Positions 39,774 through 49,136 of a stretch of DNA of 64,000 nt are shown one piece after another. The stretch's first letter is position 1, and every line of letters begins with the position of its first letter. The notes below the pieces were generated by a model, which had not been told where the DNA came from, made no database searches, and saw nothing but the letters and a program-made list of their open reading frames with translations. The stretch lies in the IMG/VR virus record IMGVR_UViG_3300035210_000151. One strand, 5' to 3'. This DNA is from a virus. Lineage: Duplodnaviria > Heunggongvirae > Uroviricota > Caudoviricetes. The position numbers and the translations under genes were made by a program.

Positions 39774-39955
39774 GTAGCAAATACGCACAAAAAGCTAAAA
39801 AAATGAGCCACACTGACCGCCGTAAGGAACAGTTTAAACCTAAATATTCCTATTGCTCTAACTGTGGTCTTGAATCGGGTATTTCCGATAAACACTTGCA
39901 GTTTTCAAAGTGTTATTGTGGCGGCACGTATCAATCATTTCGTCCTAATCCATAA
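39770..39955 (+). CDS. small zinc-ribbon protein
   Basis: CSNCG...CYCGG; ATGA overlap. Confidence 0.7.
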   Translation: MSSKYAQKAKKMSHTDRRKEQFKPKYSYCSNCGLESGISDKHLQFSKCYCGGTYQSFRPNP

Positions 39956-39991
39956 TTTAAACCTTCATTCCTTGATATAGGATATAACTCT

Positions 39992-41068
39992 ATGCAATTT
40001 AAAGAAATTTATGATGGTCTTGATAGCAAAATCAAGCAGTATATCAATGATAATAATTTACAACAAGTTGACCATACGAATCTCAATGATAGTGAATTAT
40101 TGCTGAAAAATCAATTCAGCTTCAAAGAAACAGCTATGCATATTTATTGTGTTCATCAAACATCATTGAAAATTGTTAATGATGTTCTCCCTTTTAATAC
40201 TGCGTCCGTTTTTCGATTTGAACAATTGTTGAAAAATATTGGTTGTCTTTTTAGCACTGATTCCATATCTTTGGAATCATTTAACAAATCAAAAGATATC
40301 AAGCTTTTCTTTTTTGGAAAAATGCACAATGAAAAAGATTTTTTTGCAATTAGTTTTAAAAAATATAGTATTTTTATACGTGTCATAGAAGAAAGTATTA
40401 CTATCTCCGCGAATTCCCTGTTAACCGTAGAGCAGCCTCTTTCAGATGATATTAATGTTGATTTTAATTTGGCTTTAGATGAGTTCATTAATCAAATTTC
40501 TCAGGTAACTGGATTTGTTGTCGATTCTAATTTTCAAGAAAATATTGATAAAACAACAATGAGTGAGCGAATCAATAATATATTTGCTCAAAAAAGTATT
40601 CAAGATATTGTGTATGTTGACAAGTCTGATATTCTAACGGCTATGCTTCTTTACAAAGAAACATCCACATTCGAAGTGGGCGTTGATGATTTTTCTTTTT
40701 CAAAAGAAGATCATAAAACAATGTTTGCATTACTTAATCAAATATTTTTTAATGATTGTTATGATACATTAACTAAAATCATTACAGTCGTCATTAATTA
40801 TCAAAAAGCTATGCATAGAGAAGATAAACTTAGTATTGGATTTCCTGTAAACGGTCGATTTTATGACACGGCAAAATTACCAGTAATTAACATTTATCTG
40901 AATGAGAAATATCAGTTAGGATTTTCTACAAATGGTTATGTTTTCACAAACAATGAAGTTCCACAACATGTTAAAGACTATAAACGTTTGCCAGAGGTGT
41001 TAAACAAGATCCTTGAAGAAAGCGAACGCCATATTGAACGTGAAAAACTGACAAAGCAATTGATTTAA
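39992..41068 (+). CDS. hypothetical protein, probable paralog of 54357..55562 lacking the tail
   Basis: shared SL....LF..D and D.F.+.FK.+SI..R blocks; ends EKLTKQLI*. Confidence 0.75.
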   Translation: MQFKEIYDGLDSKIKQYINDNNLQQVDHTNLNDSELLLKNQFSFKETAMHIYCVHQTSLKIVNDVLPFNTASVFRFEQLLKNIGCLFSTDSISLESFNKSKDIKLFFFGKMHNEKDFFAISFKKYSIFIRVIEESITISANSLLTVEQPLSDDINVDFNLALDEFINQISQVTGFVVDSNFQENIDKTTMSERINNIFAQKSIQDIVYVDKSDILTAMLLYKETSTFEVGVDDFSFSKEDHKTMFALLNQIFFNDCYDTLTKIITVVINYQKAMHREDKLSIGFPVNGRFYDTAKLPVINIYLNEKYQLGFSTNGYVFTNNEVPQHVKDYKRLPEVLNKILEESERHIEREKLTKQLI

Positions 41069-41127
41069 ACTTGATATTGTGTTATCTTAATGCCACTTCT
41101 TGTGGCATTTTTTTTGGAGAATTTTCA

Positions 41128-41877
41128 ATGCGAGTTCGAATTGATTTAAAAACAGTCAAGCTTATTAAAACATTCAACCCGCATGTTGACGTGAACGCTT
41201 TATATTTGCCAGTAGAAAACGTTTTTGAAGAAAGAGATGCCTCTGTTAGAACTAAACAATTGACTCGTAAAAAAAGCATCCAAGAAGAATATGACTTCAT
41301 CTATTTTTATGCCAAAGAGAGCTTCACAAATTTTAAAATTGTCAGTGACAAAACAACTTATTATGTGATTGTTGATAGTATTGTGCTGAGTGTTCCCCAT
41401 GACTTTGAAGTAGACTATGGATTCAGTCTTCATAAAATGTTGGTAAACGATTATGAAAATCAAACCAAGCATGTAGATAACATGTTAAAAGCGGCTTACA
41501 TCAACCTTTACATGTCAAAAGAACACAATGTTTCTAAGCATGTTTTCAAAAGTCTATTTATTGATTTTTTTACATCTAAAGCTTTTAATGAGCGTAAAAT
41601 CTTGGCTGGTGGTTCTTTGAACCGTAATTTTGTCTGTGAATTAACTTATCTTGGACATAAGTTTTCATTCTCCACATTTTCAGCCTCATCAGGTGTTTTG
41701 GTTGAGTTTAACTTTCCAGAATTTAAATTTCGAAAATGTTACCCAATCAGCTCTTACAATATAGATAAATTCATTCTTGATTTTGTCAATGAATCCGAGT
41801 ATAATTGTAAATCTACGAAGGAAGCTACCCAGCACCTTAATGATTATATCTTAATCCGTAAAATGATGAACATTTAG
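41128..41877 (+). CDS. hypothetical protein, MxxI tail
   Basis: GGAG before MRVRID; ends NDYILIRKMMNI*. Confidence 0.8.
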   Translation: MRVRIDLKTVKLIKTFNPHVDVNALYLPVENVFEERDASVRTKQLTRKKSIQEEYDFIYFYAKESFTNFKIVSDKTTYYVIVDSIVLSVPHDFEVDYGFSLHKMLVNDYENQTKHVDNMLKAAYINLYMSKEHNVSKHVFKSLFIDFFTSKAFNERKILAGGSLNRNFVCELTYLGHKFSFSTFSASSGVLVEFNFPEFKFRKCYPISSYNIDKFILDFVNESEYNCKSTKEATQHLNDYILIRKMMNI

Positions 41878-41885
41878 GAGATGCT

Positions 41886-42257
41886 ATGATTGACGCAAAC
41901 AAAGCAAAAAATCTACTTGAAGAACATGACGCATACTTTCGCTCCAAACATTGGTTTCCAGAAACTTATGTGAAAACTGATGGTTTTCATTTTAATCTCC
42001 GTCATCAACTGAACGGTTGCAGTATTGTTGACTCTTATCAAGCCCTTCAATTTCTCTATGAAACGCTTCGTGAAGAAGATGAGGAAGACGATGAAGTAAA
42101 GCCTCGACTTTCTGACGAAGATGTTCTTTTGCGACATGGTTATGAAATGATTTGTGAAAGTCCATTGGAAATCGCCTCTATTGACGACCAGCATGTATTT
42201 GTCAGTGGTGAAGCTGCGGTTATTTTGTTGTCTTCTTTGCGTAATATCACTAAATAA
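41886..42257 (+). CDS. hypothetical protein
   Basis: AGGAG RBS; ICESPLEI...GEAA. Confidence 0.75.
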   Translation: MIDANKAKNLLEEHDAYFRSKHWFPETYVKTDGFHFNLRHQLNGCSIVDSYQALQFLYETLREEDEEDDEVKPRLSDEDVLLRHGYEMICESPLEIASIDDQHVFVSGEAAVILLSSLRNITK

Positions 42258-42321
42258 AGGCTGCACGAGCCTTTATTTTATGTTACAATAGACCCAACTT
42301 AAATCAATGGAGTTATTTTCG

Positions 42322-42771
42322 ATGACTACAAAACGCACAGCGTCCAAAATGAGTAAAGATGGCTACATTAACCCATATACCAACTATGGTACTGATGGCA
42401 AACTCATTTCACTTGATTTTGAAAATAATGTTATTGAACGAACTGAATATAACCATCCTTATTCGTTTTCGACTCGTTGCACTTGGGCTATTCTTGGTGA
42501 GAAGCGTAAAGAAATTGAAAAACTGGATACCCTGAGTGGTGTTTATAGTGACCGCTTGTTTCAAGCCGATTCATTGGCCTACAACATGGCTTGTCGCTCT
42601 GTATGGGGTAATGAAGGTCAGTATTTTGACTCACGCCGTCCAAAGGATGTTGAGAAAATGCTTCAACTCATCTACTCAAATCCAAAATTGAAACTGTATC
42701 GAATTCTTAAAGGTTGTAATGTTGGCAACGGCTACCCTGTTTGGTATTTCCACTTCTACACCGAAGAATAA
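42322..42771 (+). CDS. hypothetical protein
   Basis: HPYSFS, VYSDRL, CNVGNGYPVW. Confidence 0.75.
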   Translation: MTTKRTASKMSKDGYINPYTNYGTDGKLISLDFENNVIERTEYNHPYSFSTRCTWAILGEKRKEIEKLDTLSGVYSDRLFQADSLAYNMACRSVWGNEGQYFDSRRPKDVEKMLQLIYSNPKLKLYRILKGCNVGNGYPVWYFHFYTEE

Positions 42772-42806
42772 AAAATAACTACTATTTTAAGCATTTTAAT
42801 ATAAAT

Positions 42807-42830
42807 GAGGGCTTCGGCCCTCTTTTTTTT
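42807..42830 (+). terminator. Rho-independent terminator
   Basis: GAGGGC-TTCG-GCCCTC plus T8. Confidence 0.88.
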
Positions 42831-42880
42831 GTTGTTTTTTTATGGTATAATAACGCCATATTAAACAAGAGCGAAATCAA

Positions 42881-43627
42881 ATGAAAGCTAAAACACCGAT
42901 GAGCGTCATGAAATCAGAAATCGACAAATTGAAGGAATTTCCTTTGCTGTCGTTCTTTGGTCTTAATGGCCGTCCAAAAAACTTTATTGCTTTGGGTAGT
43001 GAAGACAATCGTGAAGTGATTGTTGTCAATCCAGTGACGTTTGATTACATGGCCGTTTATGGCATTCTTGGTGAAGTTTGTCACAATGAGAAAGGACATG
43101 TTCGTCATACTCGTAGTATTGCTTTGTGCTTCAACTACAAGACCGAAGAAACTGTTCGAGCGAGTGTCGTGCTCAGTAAAGAAGGACAGGTTGAATATTC
43201 AAAAGAATACACTGTTCCAGAATTTAAGGTTTTGTTGAAAGCTTTTGTTGAAAAAAACAAAGAGTGTCATGACCATTACATGCTGATGGAAAACTTTATT
43301 GCTACATTTGGTATTGTGGTGAGTTCTTCTTTATCACGCTCTGAAATCAACCAGATTAAGGTTGCTTATGTGAAGCAAGTGACTGGCCTTCGTGATGCTA
43401 TCCGTCATGCAGAGAAGAAGAAAGTAACGATTAATCAAAGTATTCGTGATTCGAAAACAGAAGAAGAAAAAGCGATTTACATTCAGCGTCTTAATGAGTT
43501 GAAAGAAATGATCAAAACGGCTAATGCTGACATGGTTAGAATTGTGAAACATGATTTTAAAAATATGCCTGCCGACGCTCGTAAATATTTCTTTGAAACA
43601 CTCAAAAAAGAAATGATTTGCTACTAA
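42881..43627 (+). CDS. hypothetical protein with C-terminal coiled coil; possible MxxY tail
   Basis: ends FFETLKKEMICY*. Confidence 0.75.
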   Translation: MKAKTPMSVMKSEIDKLKEFPLLSFFGLNGRPKNFIALGSEDNREVIVVNPVTFDYMAVYGILGEVCHNEKGHVRHTRSIALCFNYKTEETVRASVVLSKEGQVEYSKEYTVPEFKVLLKAFVEKNKECHDHYMLMENFIATFGIVVSSSLSRSEINQIKVAYVKQVTGLRDAIRHAEKKKVTINQSIRDSKTEEEKAIYIQRLNELKEMIKTANADMVRIVKHDFKNMPADARKYFFETLKKEMICY

Positions 43628-43689
43628 TTAAACCCATATTGTCAAATCATACTTTTATGATATATTGAACAAAAACAGAGAGAATTAAA

Positions 43690-44085
43690 ATGAATAACAA
43701 GGAACTTGTACAAAAATCTATGGAAGCCAAGCAATCGGCATATGTCCCTTACTCTAAATTTCCAGTTGGTGTGGCGTTGCTCACTACTAAAGGGGTATTC
43801 TTGGGTGCCAATATTGAAAACGCTTCCTATTCGATGACTTGCTGTGCAGAGCGAACTGCTTTTTGCGTAGCTCATATGCAAGGTTGCCGTAAGGGTGATT
43901 ACATCAGTATCGCTATCAATGGTGATACCAACCAACCCCTTCCACCTTGTGGTGCTTGTCGTCAAATTATGAGTGAGTTCTTGCTCCCTGATACGGAAGT
44001 TATTTTGTCTAACAAGGATGGGGACTTTCAAGTTTACAAATTTTCTGATATAATGCCACTTACATTCACTGATTTGAACGGATAG
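43690..44085 (+). CDS. cdd: cytidine deaminase (homotetrameric type)
   Basis: AYVPYSKFPVGVAL, GANIENASY, CAERTA, PPCGACRQ. Confidence 0.93.
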   Translation: MNNKELVQKSMEAKQSAYVPYSKFPVGVALLTTKGVFLGANIENASYSMTCCAERTAFCVAHMQGCRKGDYISIAINGDTNQPLPPCGACRQIMSEFLLPDTEVILSNKDGDFQVYKFSDIMPLTFTDLNG

Positions 44086-44095
44086 GAGTTTTAAC

Positions 44096-44416
44096 ATGTC
44101 TAAGACTATTAAAAACCAGCGAGACTGGAAATATCATCACCTTTTCAAACAGGCTGCTGCTAATTTTAAGATCTATCGGGCTGATCCTGTGTTAAGCACT
44201 GATGCTATTCGATTGTATCAAGAAGATTTTAATAAAATGCTGGCTGACGAACACTTTACAAAAGAAGATGTTTGTAAAGTTGCTATCAGAGAAGGATATC
44301 GTCGTTACTCTAAGGCTAAATTAAAAGTGCGTAATCGTCGCATTGATAAACGTTCAGCACGTCAAAAAGCCTTGGTTGAAATTCGTAATATGGACTTTGA
44401 TGTTATTGATGATTAA
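44096..44416 (+). CDS. basic hypothetical protein
   Basis: AGGAG RBS; Arg/Lys-rich C-terminal half. Confidence 0.7.
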   Translation: MSKTIKNQRDWKYHHLFKQAAANFKIYRADPVLSTDAIRLYQEDFNKMLADEHFTKEDVCKVAIREGYRRYSKAKLKVRNRRIDKRSARQKALVEIRNMDFDVIDD

Positions 44417-44461
44417 TACTTTTTTGGTAGTATATTCTGTTTTGTTATAACAAAAAATATA

Positions 44462-44490
44462 TTGCCATATAGCCACTACTTTGCTATACT
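44462..44490 (+). promoter_or_regulatory. sigma70 promoter, extended -10
   Basis: TTGCCA-17-TATACT with TGn. Confidence 0.7.
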
Positions 44491-44524
44491 AAACTCACAT
44501 TAAATAGGAATAGAGGATACAATT

Positions 44525-45046
44525 ATGAGCGGCCAGACTAAAAAACTCCAGCAAAAGCAACTTGCAAAAGCAATCCAGATTGCGGCTACGGCTCATGTTG
44601 GTCATTTTGACAAAGGCGATAATGCCTATATCCTTCACCCACTTAGTGTGATGAATGGTCTTGAAAGTAAAGATCCAGAAGTGATGCAAATTGCTGTGCT
44701 TCATGACGTGATTGAAGATTGTCCAGAGTGGACTCTTGACCGTCTTCGTGGCGAGGGCTTCTCTAATCGTGTTCTGATTGGTTTGTCGTTTATGAGTAAG
44801 ACCGAAGAAGACTTGAAAGCTGGTGATGAAGGCTACTATGCATACATTCGTCGCATGTTTCAAAACATTGATGCCGTCTTGGTTAAGATGTCTGACATTC
44901 GTGATAACAGTCAGGTGACTCGTTTGAAAGGTCTTCGTGAAAAAGATCAGAAGCGTATGGTTAAATATGCTCGTGCTTACACTATGTTGGAAGAACATCT
45001 TGAATCGGTTCGTGCTTCTTGTCTAACAGGAAATCATAAAGTTTAA
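44525..45046 (+). CDS. HD-domain hydrolase, SpoT/Mesh1 (small alarmone hydrolase)-like
   Basis: AIQIAATAH.G..DK...YILHPL.V; AVLHDVIED; VLVKMSDIRDN. Confidence 0.82.
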   Translation: MSGQTKKLQQKQLAKAIQIAATAHVGHFDKGDNAYILHPLSVMNGLESKDPEVMQIAVLHDVIEDCPEWTLDRLRGEGFSNRVLIGLSFMSKTEEDLKAGDEGYYAYIRRMFQNIDAVLVKMSDIRDNSQVTRLKGLREKDQKRMVKYARAYTMLEEHLESVRASCLTGNHKV

Positions 45047-45062
45047 ATATTGTTTCATTTAT

Positions 45063-45087
45063 AAAGCGGCCTTCGGGTCGCTTTTTT
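45063..45087 (+). terminator. Rho-independent terminator
   Basis: AAAGCGGCC-TTCG-GGTCGCTTTTTT. Confidence 0.85.
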
Positions 45088-45138
45088 ATTGACTTTAAAA
45101 TAAAAAACTATATGATTGTTATTTTAAAAGGACATATA

Positions 45139-45921
45139 ATGACTCTTTCAAAACATGCATGTTATTTGGACAACGATCCAAATTCTACTGACCCGCCAGA
45201 ATATTTTATACCGGGAGCAACTTCAGTTCCTGTTATTAGAGGAAAATATACAAAATTTCGAGAATCACAACCATTAGATAATCGAAGGCGTGCTATTAAA
45301 ACTTTTTGTCTTAACGATTCTGTCGATTTATTTGCTTCTTTATTGTTTTCAAATGAAGTGTTTTCAATAGATTTTTATGACGCTGTAAAAATAATATCTT
45401 TAATAGATGAAAGTATTGATAAATTTAATTACAATGAATTGAACGTTCATTTAAGGTTTTTTTTAGATGACGATGGGTCTTATTCATTAAGGCATAAACG
45501 TTTTTTAAATCATGACTACCACCCTTTTTGTTTTGAGAACAATATATCATCTGTTGTTAGTGTTATTTGTGAAGAAAATTTAAATCAATCAAACGCTAAT
45601 ACTTTATTTAAAACTCTATTTAAAAATCGCTTTCAACTGACCGATTGCACCACAAAGAAAAGGTATACTGAGACTATTTATCTTGCTGAGCATCGTTTTT
45701 ATATTGATGTCACTGTTAATTGTGATTTAAATGATGCCATAGTTCCATTAGTTATCGCTTATGATGAGTTTGGTGTTTTGTATACTGACTATTATTATGA
45801 CCATCAATATATTGCACCTTACATTTTAAAGGCTATTAAACCTTCTTTTGATGAAAAAATAGTTAATTCCGACTATTTTAACCAGAATGAAACGAATGCA
45901 CTTAAAATGTTGTGGATGTAA
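45139..45921 (+). CDS. family D protein, MxxM tail
   Basis: IVPLVIAYDE...YYY..QYI......IKP....YFNQ matches 57479/60091/60942; ends NETNALKMLWM*. Confidence 0.78.
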   Translation: MTLSKHACYLDNDPNSTDPPEYFIPGATSVPVIRGKYTKFRESQPLDNRRRAIKTFCLNDSVDLFASLLFSNEVFSIDFYDAVKIISLIDESIDKFNYNELNVHLRFFLDDDGSYSLRHKRFLNHDYHPFCFENNISSVVSVICEENLNQSNANTLFKTLFKNRFQLTDCTTKKRYTETIYLAEHRFYIDVTVNCDLNDAIVPLVIAYDEFGVLYTDYYYDHQYIAPYILKAIKPSFDEKIVNSDYFNQNETNALKMLWM

Positions 45922-45991
45922 CCTGTACAGGTTACTTTTCGAAATGTAACCTAATTAGGCTACTTTAGTGAAAGTAGCCCGTACAGGCTAC
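45918..45991. repeat. three 18-bp palindromes GTARCC-N6-GGYTAC at exact 28-bp period
   Basis: 45918 GTAACCTGTACAGGTTAC; 45946 GTAACCTAATTAGGCTAC; 45974 GTAGCCCGTACAGGCTAC; 10-bp spacers TTTTCGAAAT and TTTAGTGAAA. Confidence 0.9.
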
Positions 45992-46014
45992 TTTTTATAT
46001 TGTTGACTTGTAAA

Positions 46015-46572
46015 TTAAGAAATATTGTTTCTATTTTTTCTTGATTCTACTACTGGCAATGCTAATACGTCTTTATTAAGGCTTGATTTGTATGCCATAT
46101 CAGAAGCTTTGTTTACAAGTGCTGCAATACCTTTGTAAGCAGCATAGCCAATCGCAACAGGAATACCGACTATTGGAAATTCTGTCATTAAGTTTCCTTT
46201 TAATGCTGTGTCTGCCAAATTTTTCATTTTTGAATCACCTTTTACACCTAAATTCAACTCTTTAAAACGCCCCGCAGTTGGGCTGTCTGGCAATCCGCTT
46301 TTTTTACTGATAAGTTGGACGATCTCATTCATTCTATCGGTTTGTTTTGTTGCTATGGAATCTTTCAACATGTCTATTTGTGTAGAGGATATTGAAATGC
46401 CCATTGATTCTATTTTTTCTTGTGCTCTTTTAGCAAACAACATGCCATTAAGCCCAACCATGTTTCCACGTTCAGCCTCTTCTTTTTGCAGAACCTTGGC
46501 ATACTTCTCAATCACTTTTAATAGTTTATCTTCTACTTCGTCAGCCGTTTTTACTTTAAATAGTGAATTCAT
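46015..46572 (-). CDS. hypothetical protein with near-C-terminal hydrophobic segment and basic tail
   Basis: start MNSLFKV; FPIVGIPVAIGYAAY; ends SRKNRNNIS*. Confidence 0.7.
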   Translation of the reverse strand: MNSLFKVKTADEVEDKLLKVIEKYAKVLQKEEAERGNMVGLNGMLFAKRAQEKIESMGISISSTQIDMLKDSIATKQTDRMNEIVQLISKKSGLPDSPTAGRFKELNLGVKGDSKMKNLADTALKGNLMTEFPIVGIPVAIGYAAYKGIAALVNKASDMAYKSSLNKDVLALPVVESRKNRNNIS

Positions 46573-46710
46573 ATATATTCTCTTTATTCGTTTATTATAA
46601 TATAGCATGAAACGGATTACAAATATATGCACAGCAGCATAAAAAATAAGAAATGACATTATTAACCTGTTATGCTATAATAAATCTATTAAAAAATCAG
46701 GAGTATCCTA

Positions 46711-47298
46711 ATGGAAATTGCATACGTCAAAGCCGGAGTTCTTTTTGGTCTTATGGTTGTTTTGCCAATCCTGTTCATCATGAAGCATGAAGGTGTCTTC
46801 AAATCTAAAAACACAGTAAAAAAAGCAGCAGTTAAGAAAATTAGTAAAGAGGGCGATTGCATTGATTTCTTCGATGAACTGCTTGCTTATATGTCGGCAG
46901 TCGTTGGTTCTCAATTGGATTATGCTTCTAGGACATCAGTTCGTGGTCTTGTTTTTAAAAATCTTACCCATAAAAAGCCCTTTAATGGTAAGCAACTGGA
47001 ATGTGAGAGTGTTCAAATTCGTTTCATGTTGAAAATTTATCCAAAAGGTGTTCGTCGTATTGTTGCCCATGCAGAAGCCAGTTATGGCAGTCCCAGTTGG
47101 GATGGCAAAGAAATGCATTACAACTATCCGATAGTCTACCATTCGTTTGAGTGTGATGTTAATGCATTCCAGTCGATGTGGGATGAGATTACAGCAAAGT
47201 TCTATGTGATTGATGTCAGTGTTGAAGAAACCAGTGAACGTGTGCGAGAAGGTGTGATGTCTTATTGGACTGAGAAAAAATATGGTCATCTGCTTTGA
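46711..47298 (+). CDS. single-TM anchored hypothetical protein
   Basis: AGGAG RBS; N-terminal TM. Confidence 0.75.
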   Translation: MEIAYVKAGVLFGLMVVLPILFIMKHEGVFKSKNTVKKAAVKKISKEGDCIDFFDELLAYMSAVVGSQLDYASRTSVRGLVFKNLTHKKPFNGKQLECESVQIRFMLKIYPKGVRRIVAHAEASYGSPSWDGKEMHYNYPIVYHSFECDVNAFQSMWDEITAKFYVIDVSVEETSERVREGVMSYWTEKKYGHLL

Positions 47299-47314
47299 TT
47301 AAATTGTAGACAAT

Positions 47315-47340
47315 AAAAAAGTGGCTCAGGCCACTTCTTT
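47315..47340. terminator. bidirectional terminator
   Basis: AAGTGGC-TCAG-GCCACTT between convergent genes. Confidence 0.65.
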
Positions 47341-47558
47341 TATTCTTTTAAATAGCCTTCTGCCATTTTGTTTGGCATGACGACAATGCAGAATAAATAT
47401 TGTAACGATAAGGCGATGAAATGAATAAGATCCATTTTACCCGCTGTAATATCATCTATCAATACTTTATAGAAAATCGGTGTGGATAATACAAAGCAAA
47501 ATAAAAAGGCCACTGTGAATACTTTACTTTTAAAGGCTTGTTTGATTGATGTGAACAT
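47340..47558 (-). CDS. small 2-TM protein (tandem paralog 1)
   Basis: SIK.A.K.K.F...F..CF.L.TPIF.K....D..AGKM...H......LQYLFC. Confidence 0.8.
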   Translation of the reverse strand: MFTSIKQAFKSKVFTVAFLFCFVLSTPIFYKVLIDDITAGKMDLIHFIALSLQYLFCIVVMPNKMAEGYLKE

Positions 47559-47568
47559 TCTTTATCTC

Positions 47569-47781
47569 CTATGAACTTCTTTGTTTACTGAAAAAACTAG
47601 GTAGTGATGACACGCAAAATAAATATTGTAATGTCATGACAGTTCCATGTAATAATGTCATTTTTCCCGCTTCAAAATCTTCCAACCCTATTTTAATGAA
47701 TATGGGTGTTGCCAATAAAAAACAGATCGCAAAATATATTTTAAATGTCTTGTCTTTTAAGGCATTCTTGATGGATTCCAT
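47569..47781 (-). CDS. small 2-TM protein (tandem paralog 2)
   Basis: same pattern as 47340..47558. Confidence 0.8.
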   Translation of the reverse strand: MESIKNALKDKTFKIYFAICFLLATPIFIKIGLEDFEAGKMTLLHGTVMTLQYLFCVSSLPSFFSKQRSS

Positions 47782-47903
47782 TATGACTAACCTCTTTCAA
47801 TTATCTCTTCATTTTACCTATGCAGATAGATTTTGTCAATTTGATTTAATCTTTAAGATACTGTATAATGCCTACATTATCCACCTATTTAGGAGTTCAC
47901 ATT

Positions 47904-48230
47904 ATGAGTTTACTACAAGCTTTTGTTATTTGCTTTATTGCTTATTTGATTTATAAACTTTTATCATCTGGTGGTGTGCCTAAGTCTGTTATTGACAAAA
48001 TGACTATCACATTGGCAAAAGGTTTCAAGAAGGTATCTCAAGAACATAAGGAGACTTTGGCTGGATGCTATGCTGATTTTCATTCAGGTGATACTGCTCG
48101 AATCGACGCTGCTATTAAAAAACTTGATGATAAATTCAATGAAGAAATGGCTGAAGCAGATGAGATAATTGCTAAACATAATGAAAAACCAACTACTGCC
48201 ACACCTAACATAATAAAGCAACAGTCTTAA
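47904..48230 (+). CDS. single-TM hypothetical protein
   Basis: AGGAG before MSLLQAF. Confidence 0.7.
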   Translation: MSLLQAFVICFIAYLIYKLLSSGGVPKSVIDKMTITLAKGFKKVSQEHKETLAGCYADFHSGDTARIDAAIKKLDDKFNEEMAEADEIIAKHNEKPTTATPNIIKQQS

Positions 48231-48238
48231 GGATAATT

Positions 48239-49006
48239 ATGATCAGTAAAGGCTTCAAAGATAAAGTTAAAGAATTGCTCTATCTTTATTATAATATTCA
48301 ATGTGATAGGATTATCCATTCTTCTGATTATTGTTATTATATTAACGCCAAAGACAAATTAGGAGAGACACTTTATTTAACACTGGAACTTTATGGTAAT
48401 GAATTTGATAATTCAACTCCATCACTTTTTCAGGTGTATATTGATGCTGATGATATGGTTAATCGAAGACTGTTCAGGCTTGATAAAATTCAAACGGCTC
48501 TTAATAAATCTTTGGATTTTTTAAAATATGTAAAATCAACAAGAATTACTTCTTTTAAATTAGATAGCAACACCACAAACTATGTGCTTCTTTCTGGTGG
48601 GTGCTCTATGGGTCGTAGTTATTTGAATATTACCTACACAATTCCTTACTCGAAAGAAAATGGATTTAGTTTGTTTGTAGACAAAAATATTCATAAAATT
48701 GCTGAAATTGGAATGCAACACTTTGATTGCCAATTTAAAATATTTGATAACGCTAAAACTACTGTTTCAAATAATTATTTGACCGATTTTTCGTTTAACC
48801 TAAAAAATGATGAACAATCGGCATTAGATGACTATATCTTAAAAATTATTGTTTCTTATGACTTATCCATTCACCTTCACAGTGACAATTTTAGTAATCT
48901 GGATGTCGCTGACTTTTTTTATAGTTTGAAATACAGTCTTATTTCATACGATAATATTGAATATGTAAAAGATTTTTACACAGTTATCAATATGATTGAA
49001 ATTTGA
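48239..49006 (+). CDS. hypothetical protein, MxxI tail
   Basis: ends KDFYTVINMIEI*. Confidence 0.8.
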   Translation: MISKGFKDKVKELLYLYYNIQCDRIIHSSDYCYYINAKDKLGETLYLTLELYGNEFDNSTPSLFQVYIDADDMVNRRLFRLDKIQTALNKSLDFLKYVKSTRITSFKLDSNTTNYVLLSGGCSMGRSYLNITYTIPYSKENGFSLFVDKNIHKIAEIGMQHFDCQFKIFDNAKTTVSNNYLTDFSFNLKNDEQSALDDYILKIIVSYDLSIHLHSDNFSNLDVADFFYSLKYSLISYDNIEYVKDFYTVINMIEI

Positions 49007-49136
49007 AGAAAACCTTATTAAAACTTTTCTATTATGGTTGATTTTTGAATTATTAAAAAAAGGCACTTATGTGTCTTTTTTCTTTTAAAACTATTTAATT
49101 ATGCTATAATTAAATTATTAACAAAAAAAAGTATTC

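Noticed and set aside
45918-45991. Mini CRISPR array
   Set aside because: Units are 18 bp with only 10-bp spacers and variable centres; no cas genes in the window.
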